Assembly (NCBI GenBank): GCA_035403785.1 | Contig: DAONFW010000002.1 | Coordinates: 12,676-76,675, forward strand | Direction of reading: 5' to 3' | DNA from: Minisyncoccota bacterium | Lineage (GTDB): Bacteria > Patescibacteriota > Minisyncoccia > Phycocordibacterales > UBA9973 | Length of the DNA stretch: 64,000 nt | In this document: positions 59,447 through 64,000 of the stretch, piece by piece | Layout: each line of letters opens with the position of its first letter | How positions within the stretch are numbered: the first letter of the stretch is position 1 | The notes under the pieces: generated by a model | Told to the model about the DNA's origin: nothing | The model's input: the letters and a program-made list of their open reading frames with translations, nothing else | Database searches by the model: none | Translations under genes and position numbers: made by a program

Positions 59447-60913
59447 ATGTCATCAATAGATGAAATTAGAGATGCGAGAATAAAAAAACTTGAGCTCTTA
59501 AAACAGAAGGGAATAAATCCATATCCAGCTGAAACAAAAAGAGAAATTTCTGTTAAAGAAGTTTTAGAGCAATTTGAAAATTTTGAAAAGTCTCCAGAAG
59601 AGCATCGTTGGATTGCTGGAAGAATAATGTCTATCAGAGGTCAGGGGGCTATTATCTTTTTAACTATCAATGATGGTACTGGTTCTTTTCAGGTTTTGCT
59701 AAAAAGAGATTCGTTAGAAGCTGATAAGTTTGAGCTTTTTAATGAAACTGTAGACATTGGAGATTTTGTTGAAGTTTACGGAAGTTTTTTTGTTACAAAA
59801 AGAGGAGAAAAAACGTTAGAAGCAAAAAATTGGGGAATACTTTCAAAAAGTTTGCGACCACTTCCAGAAAAATGGCACGGTTTGCAAGATGCTGAAGAAA
59901 GATTCAGAAAGCGATATTTAGATATTTTGATGAATCCAGAAATAAAAGATCTTTTTGAGAAAAAAGCCAAATTCTGGGATGTTGTGAGAAAATTTTTGAA
60001 AGACAGAGGATTTTTGGAAGTTGAAACACCAACTATTGAAATAACAACAGGGGGTGCTGAAGCAAATCCTTTTAAAACGCACCATAAAGATTTTGACGTA
60101 GATGTGTTCATGAGAATATCTGTGGGAGAACTTTGGCAAAAAAGATTAATGGCTGCTGGTTTTCCAAAAACCTTTGAAATCGGTAGAGTTTACAGAAACG
60201 AAGGAAGCAGCGCAGAACATCTTCAAGAATTTACTAATATGGAATTTTATTGGGCTTACGCTGATTATCAAAAAGGTATGAAATTAGTGCAAGAACTTTA
60301 TCAAAAAATTGCACTTGAAGTTTTTGGTAAAACAGAATTTGAAACTCGTGGACACAAATTTGATTTGAGCGGTGATTGGCCAATGATAGACTACCGTGAT
60401 GAAATTTTGAAGCAAACAGGAATTGATGTTCTAGAATCTTCTGAAAAAGAAATGGCAGAAAAATTAGACGAACTTGGTGTGCGATACGAAGGAAATAACA
60501 GAGAAAGATTAATGGATACACTTTGGAAATACTGTAGAAAAAATGTTGCAGGCCCAGCATTTCTTGTGCATCATCCAAAATTAGTTTCGCCGCTTTCAAA
60601 ATCTTGTTCTGAAAATCCTGAGCTTACAGAACGTTTTCAGATCATTATTGCTGGTAGTGAAGTCGGTAATGGATTTTCTGAATTAAACGATCCAATAGAT
60701 CAGGGTAACAGATTTGATACACAACAAAAGTTGATAGACAGGGGAGATGAAGAAGCCATGATGCCAGAATGGGATTTCGTTGAAATGCTAGAACACGGCA
60801 TGCCACCGACTTGTGGTTTTGGATTTGGAGAAAGACTGTTCGCTTTCATGGTAGATAAACCAATTCGTGATGTGCAGCTTTTCCCATTAATGAAACCAAA
60901 ACAAGAAGAATAA
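59447..60913 (+). CDS. lysS: Lysine--tRNA ligase (class II)
   Basis: PLPEKWHGL, R.RYLD, GGAEANPF, YRNEG, FSELNDP, GMPP..G.GFG. Confidence 0.97.
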   Translation: MSSIDEIRDARIKKLELLKQKGINPYPAETKREISVKEVLEQFENFEKSPEEHRWIAGRIMSIRGQGAIIFLTINDGTGSFQVLLKRDSLEADKFELFNETVDIGDFVEVYGSFFVTKRGEKTLEAKNWGILSKSLRPLPEKWHGLQDAEERFRKRYLDILMNPEIKDLFEKKAKFWDVVRKFLKDRGFLEVETPTIEITTGGAEANPFKTHHKDFDVDVFMRISVGELWQKRLMAAGFPKTFEIGRVYRNEGSSAEHLQEFTNMEFYWAYADYQKGMKLVQELYQKIALEVFGKTEFETRGHKFDLSGDWPMIDYRDEILKQTGIDVLESSEKEMAEKLDELGVRYEGNNRERLMDTLWKYCRKNVAGPAFLVHHPKLVSPLSKSCSENPELTERFQIIIAGSEVGNGFSELNDPIDQGNRFDTQQKLIDRGDEEAMMPEWDFVEMLEHGMPPTCGFGFGERLFAFMVDKPIRDVQLFPLMKPKQEE

Positions 60914-60932
60914 AAAATAATAAAATTAAAAT

Positions 60933-60963
60933 AAAAAACCCAAGCGTAATGCAAGGGTTTTTT
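60933..60963. terminator. Bidirectional terminator
   Basis: AAAAAACCC...GGGTTTTTT between convergent genes. Confidence 0.6.
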
Positions 60964-60981
60964 GTTTTTTTGCTGTAAAAG

Positions 60982-61272
60982 CTACCAACGAACGTTAGTT
61001 CCTTTAATATACACAAGATGAGCAGTACCGTATTTTTTTGGTTGCTTTTTTCTTCTTTTTACAATTTCTTCTAACCGTTTTAGCTCTTTTGTTGTAGCGG
61101 CGGTTGAGAATATATTTAAATTTCCCGATTTACTTTTTTTCTTGTGCCTTTTGAAGGCGGAAATGGTGAGGAAAGTGCCAATAATAAAAGCAACTGTTGC
61201 TGCAACGAGTAGAATCCATCCAAAGGTAGAGATTCCGCTCAAAAAATTTAAAAGTGTTTCAAACGTTTTCAT
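60982..61272 (-). CDS. Small single-TM basic protein (paralog of 61553-61780)
   Basis: AGGAGG SD; TM; KELKRL...KKYGTA. Confidence 0.7.
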   Translation of the reverse strand: MKTFETLLNFLSGISTFGWILLVAATVAFIIGTFLTISAFKRHKKKSKSGNLNIFSTAATTKELKRLEEIVKRRKKQPKKYGTAHLVYIKGTNVRW

Positions 61273-61325
61273 TTTTTTTGTCCTCCTTGTTTTTTATTGT
61301 TTAATTAATATTTTTTTTGAAATTT

Positions 61326-61427
61326 TTAACAATAGTCTTCAATGAAGATATTGTCGAATTTTGGCTCCACTGTTTCTTCATCGTCAGGTGTAGGAACAGG
61401 AAATAAGAGTTGTTCAAGTTGGTCCAT
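61326..61427 (-). CDS. Possible 33-aa acidic peptide
   Basis: MDQLEQLLFPVPTPDDEETVEPKFDNIFIEDYC, between a promoter (61467-61494) and gene 61272. Confidence 0.4.
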   Translation of the reverse strand: MDQLEQLLFPVPTPDDEETVEPKFDNIFIEDYC

Positions 61428-61501
61428 ATGTTCACTATTTAAGTTTTCAATGTAAAATTTACTTTAAGTATACAATAGAATTATAAAAAAGCAAGGGAAA
61501 T

Positions 61502-61535
61502 AAAAAAGATCTGTTACACGAGTGTGTAACAGATC
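61502..61535 (-). terminator. Intrinsic terminator
   Basis: GATCTGTTACAC/GTGTAACAGATC 12-bp stem followed by T6 on the minus strand. Confidence 0.8.
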
Positions 61536-61552
61536 AAGATTTGGGAAATGAA

Positions 61553-61780
61553 TTAATCAATAAATGCAGTTCCGTGTTTTTTGTCTCCAAATGCTTCCCA
61601 GAGACGAAGACGGTTTATTTCTTCGGGAGTGCGACTAGCCAGCCATTCGGCGGCTTCGTTTTTTGTTTCTTTTTTTGTTTTAATATTTAAATAAATTAAT
61701 TCGACAACAATAAACATTGTCATACCAATCCCGATAAGGGTAGTAAGGTTTTCAGAGAAAAAAACTAATGCGGTTTTCAT
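61553..61780 (-). CDS. Small single-TM protein
   Basis: Start moved to ATG 61780 (AAGGAG SD 5 nt upstream); TM; EEINRL...KKHGTA. Confidence 0.7.
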   Translation of the reverse strand: MKTALVFFSENLTTLIGIGMTMFIVVELIYLNIKTKKETKNEAAEWLASRTPEEINRLRLWEAFGDKKHGTAFID

Positions 61781-61846
61781 GGTTGCTCCTTCTTTTTTAA
61801 AATTATTTATATATAAAAAAACTAAAATTTTCAAAACTCTAAAGCC

Positions 61847-61875
61847 AATATATCATATATTAATTAAAATGTCAA
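61847..61875 (-). promoter_or_regulatory. Sigma70 promoter
   Basis: TTGACA-17 nt-TATATT with TG extension. Confidence 0.75.
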
Positions 61876-61896
61876 TAGAAAAATAAAAAACCTGAG

Positions 61897-61905
61897 TTAT
61901 CCACA
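61897..61905 (+). promoter_or_regulatory. Consensus DnaA box upstream of mraZ
   Basis: TTATCCACA exact match; single copy. Confidence 0.45.
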
Positions 61906-61957
61906 GAATTCGGGGGATTTTGGTTTGCTGTTATATATGAATAGTTTATAATATATC

Positions 61958-61977
61958 AAGTGGGAAAAAGTGGGAAA
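61958..61977 (+). promoter_or_regulatory. MraZ operator repeats
   Basis: AAGTGGGAAA twice with 10-nt period, just upstream of mraZ. Confidence 0.75.
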
Positions 61978-62003
61978 TTAAAAAATAACTTATAAAAAAC
62001 TTT

Positions 62004-62444
62004 ATGCTTATTGGAGAATACACACATACAATAGACGAAAAAAATAGAGTTTCTTTGCCTGCAAAATTTAGAAAAGAAATGGGCAAAAAAGTTATTCTCA
62101 CCCCGGGATTAGATAAATGTTTGTTCGTTTTCACAATGAAAGAATGGAAAAAAGTTTCTAAAAGACTTTCTGATTCAGAAAGTGAATTATCTTTTTTGAA
62201 AGCAGATAAAAGAAGTTTTAACAGATATATGTTCGGTAGAGCAATTGATGTTGAAGTAGATTCTATCGGAAGAATTTTAGTACCAGATTTTTTGAAAGAA
62301 ATAATTAATCCAAATGGAAAAGTAACAGTGATTGGCGTGCAGGATAGATTGGAAATTTGGAACGATAAAGTTTGGGTTGAATATAAAGAAAATATCAGTA
62401 AAACAGCAGGGCAATTAGCAGAAAATCTTAGTAACGAAAAATAA
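62004..62444 (+). CDS. mraZ: Transcriptional regulator MraZ
   Basis: GEYTHTIDEKNRVSLPAKFR, DSIGRILVP, DRLEIW. Confidence 0.96.
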   Translation: MLIGEYTHTIDEKNRVSLPAKFRKEMGKKVILTPGLDKCLFVFTMKEWKKVSKRLSDSESELSFLKADKRSFNRYMFGRAIDVEVDSIGRILVPDFLKEIINPNGKVTVIGVQDRLEIWNDKVWVEYKENISKTAGQLAENLSNEK

Positions 62445-62480
62445 TCAGAATAATTAACGGATAGTTAAATAGTAAAAAAG

Positions 62481-63431
62481 ATGAAAGAAGAAAAAGAAGG
62501 AAAAACAGAAACGGGTGAAGTGATTAGTAGTGTGCATAAGACAGTTCTTTTAAATGAAACAATAGATGGTTTGAATTTATCAGCCAAATCAAGAGCAGAG
62601 ATGACTGTTCTAGATGGAACTTTTGGTGGTGGTGGTCATAGTGCAGAAATCTGCAGAAAGTTTCCAGGGATAAAAATAATTGCTATCGATCAAGATAAAA
62701 GTGCTTTTAAGAAAGCTGAAAATAAATTCAAAGGTTTAAACTGCAAGCTTTCATTACACAATGTAAATTTTAAAGATTTGGCTGAAGTTTTGAAAGAAGA
62801 AGGAGTAGAAAAAGTTGATGGAATAATTCTTGATTTAGGTTTAAGTTCAGACCAGTTAGAAAATTCAGGACGAGGTTTTTCTTTTATGAAAGACGAGCCG
62901 TTATTGATGACGATGAAAGCAAGTCCAACTCCTGAAGATTTAACTGCTATCGATGTGGTAAATACTTGGGAAGAAAAAAATTTGGCAGATGTGATTTACG
63001 GTTATGGTGAAGAAAAATATGCCAGAAGAATCGCTCGAGAGATTGTCGCGGCTAGAAAAAATAAAAAGATAGAAACTACTTTTGATTTAGTTGAAATTAT
63101 AAAGAAAGCAGTGCCAGTTGGTTACCAGAGAGGAAGATTACATTTTGTCACAAGAACATTTCAGGCAATAAGAATAGCAGTAAATAACGAGTTGGGTGTC
63201 TTACAAGAAGGTTTGGTAAATGGGTTCGAAGTTTTGAAAGAAGGAGGAAGAATGTCAGTCATCTCATTTCACAGTTTAGAAGATAGAATCGTAAAAAATT
63301 TTTATAAACAGAAAGTAAAAGAAAGTAAAGCAGTATTAGTAAATAAAAAACCGATCTTGGCTTCAGATGAAGAACAAAAAGATAATCCAAGATCAAGAAG
63401 CGCAAAATTAAGAGTTTTAGAAAAAATTTAA
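62481..63431 (+). CDS. rsmH: 16S rRNA m4C1402 methyltransferase RsmH
   Basis: HKTVLLNE, DGTFGGGGHS, DLGLSS.QL, RGFSF, ISFHSLEDR, NPRSRSAKLR. Confidence 0.97.
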   Translation: MKEEKEGKTETGEVISSVHKTVLLNETIDGLNLSAKSRAEMTVLDGTFGGGGHSAEICRKFPGIKIIAIDQDKSAFKKAENKFKGLNCKLSLHNVNFKDLAEVLKEEGVEKVDGIILDLGLSSDQLENSGRGFSFMKDEPLLMTMKASPTPEDLTAIDVVNTWEEKNLADVIYGYGEEKYARRIAREIVAARKNKKIETTFDLVEIIKKAVPVGYQRGRLHFVTRTFQAIRIAVNNELGVLQEGLVNGFEVLKEGGRMSVISFHSLEDRIVKNFYKQKVKESKAVLVNKKPILASDEEQKDNPRSRSAKLRVLEKI

Positions 63432-63468
63432 AAGTTAAAAATTATCAATAAAATTTAAAAATAAAATT

Positions 63469-63834
63469 ATGAAAACAGCAAAAGTAAAAATTCAAAAATA
63501 TACGAAAGGAGTAAGTAGTGTAAGTATTGTGAACAACAACGGTTTGGAAAGAAATATTTTGCGTGGAATTTTGGCTTCTGCAGGAGTTCTTGCCGCGTGT
63601 TATGTTTTCATAATGGGGAACATGGTCTTCAATATCATTGAAAGACGCGCTCTCGAATCTGATGCACGTGAGCTGACAAATCAGGTTGGAGAACTAGAAT
63701 TGCAGTATTTAAATATTTCAAAAAGTGTAGATTTGTCTTTGGCTGCCTCAAAAGGATTTAAAGAAACTGACACGAAAAAATTTGCTACTAGAAAATCTCT
63801 TGGAAGTATAAGTTTTGCTAAAAATGAGCTCTAA
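63469..63834 (+). CDS. FtsL-like cell division protein
   Basis: TM plus coiled coil, located between rsmH and a PBP gene. Confidence 0.65.
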   Translation: MKTAKVKIQKYTKGVSSVSIVNNNGLERNILRGILASAGVLAACYVFIMGNMVFNIIERRALESDARELTNQVGELELQYLNISKSVDLSLAASKGFKETDTKKFATRKSLGSISFAKNEL

Positions 63835-64000
63835 TTCTCTTTTTAGAACAAAATTCGTATCTTTTTTTATCTTAGCTTTCGCTTTAATTTTAATTGGAAA
63901 GCTTTTTCTCGTTCAGATAGTGCACAAAAATTCTTATTCAGAAAAAGCCGACAGACAGTATGCCACACCATCTTCAAATATTTTTGAAAGAGGCACTATT
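63824..64000 (+). CDS. ftsI: 5' part of a class B penicillin-binding protein (FtsI)
   Basis: MSSNSLFRTKFVSFFILAFALILIGKLFLVQIV...A.RQ...ERGTI; runs off the window. Confidence 0.85.
   Translation, partial: MSSNSLFRTKFVSFFILAFALILIGKLFLVQIVHKNSYSEKADRQYATPSSNIFERGTI

Noticed and set aside
61897-61905. Replication origin
   Set aside because: Only one DnaA box, with no dnaA/dnaN or box cluster seen.

Overview
AT-rich bacterial chromosome segment read in standard code 11. Gene content and style point to a Patescibacteria/CPR genome, probably Parcubacteria (Nomurabacteria-like). This assignment is inference from the VirB2/TrbC-like pilin array, trimmed IF-2, ValRS and GlmU, Nudix-containing LeuRS, and tRNA genes without encoded CCA. 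The backbone is housekeeping: translation (infB, rbfA, leuS, valS, lysS, lepA, ychF, tsaC, tsaD, ybeY, rpsU, rsmH), greA, clpB, Hsp20, lower glycolysis/fermentation (two pyk, eno, gpmI, a D-LDH-like gene), envelope/division (murJ, ftsA, ftsZ, mraZ, ftsL-like, start of ftsI) and 11 tRNA genes. No CRISPR array, rRNA or intact mobile element was seen. Main observations beyond the gene list: (1) two diverged copies of a ~100-nt structured non-coding element flanking an HD-domain gene, each followed by a terminator (6S-like or tRNA-like candidate); (2) a shared promoter / boxA-like / 14-bp-hairpin leader in front of unrelated orphan genes, against an apparently leaderless layout for many core genes; (3) structured elements abutting tRNA-Arg and tRNA-Ser; (4) a five-gene pilin array with a MITE-like insertion at a start codon and a 26-nt identical core shared by two pilins; (5) a serine-recombinase remnant at tRNA-Glu and a tRNA-Tyr mini-island; (6) a pyruvate kinase reduced to its A domain, a beta-barrel-like orphan and an orphan TerB-N protein. 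All family assignments come from motif recognition by eye; no searches were run.
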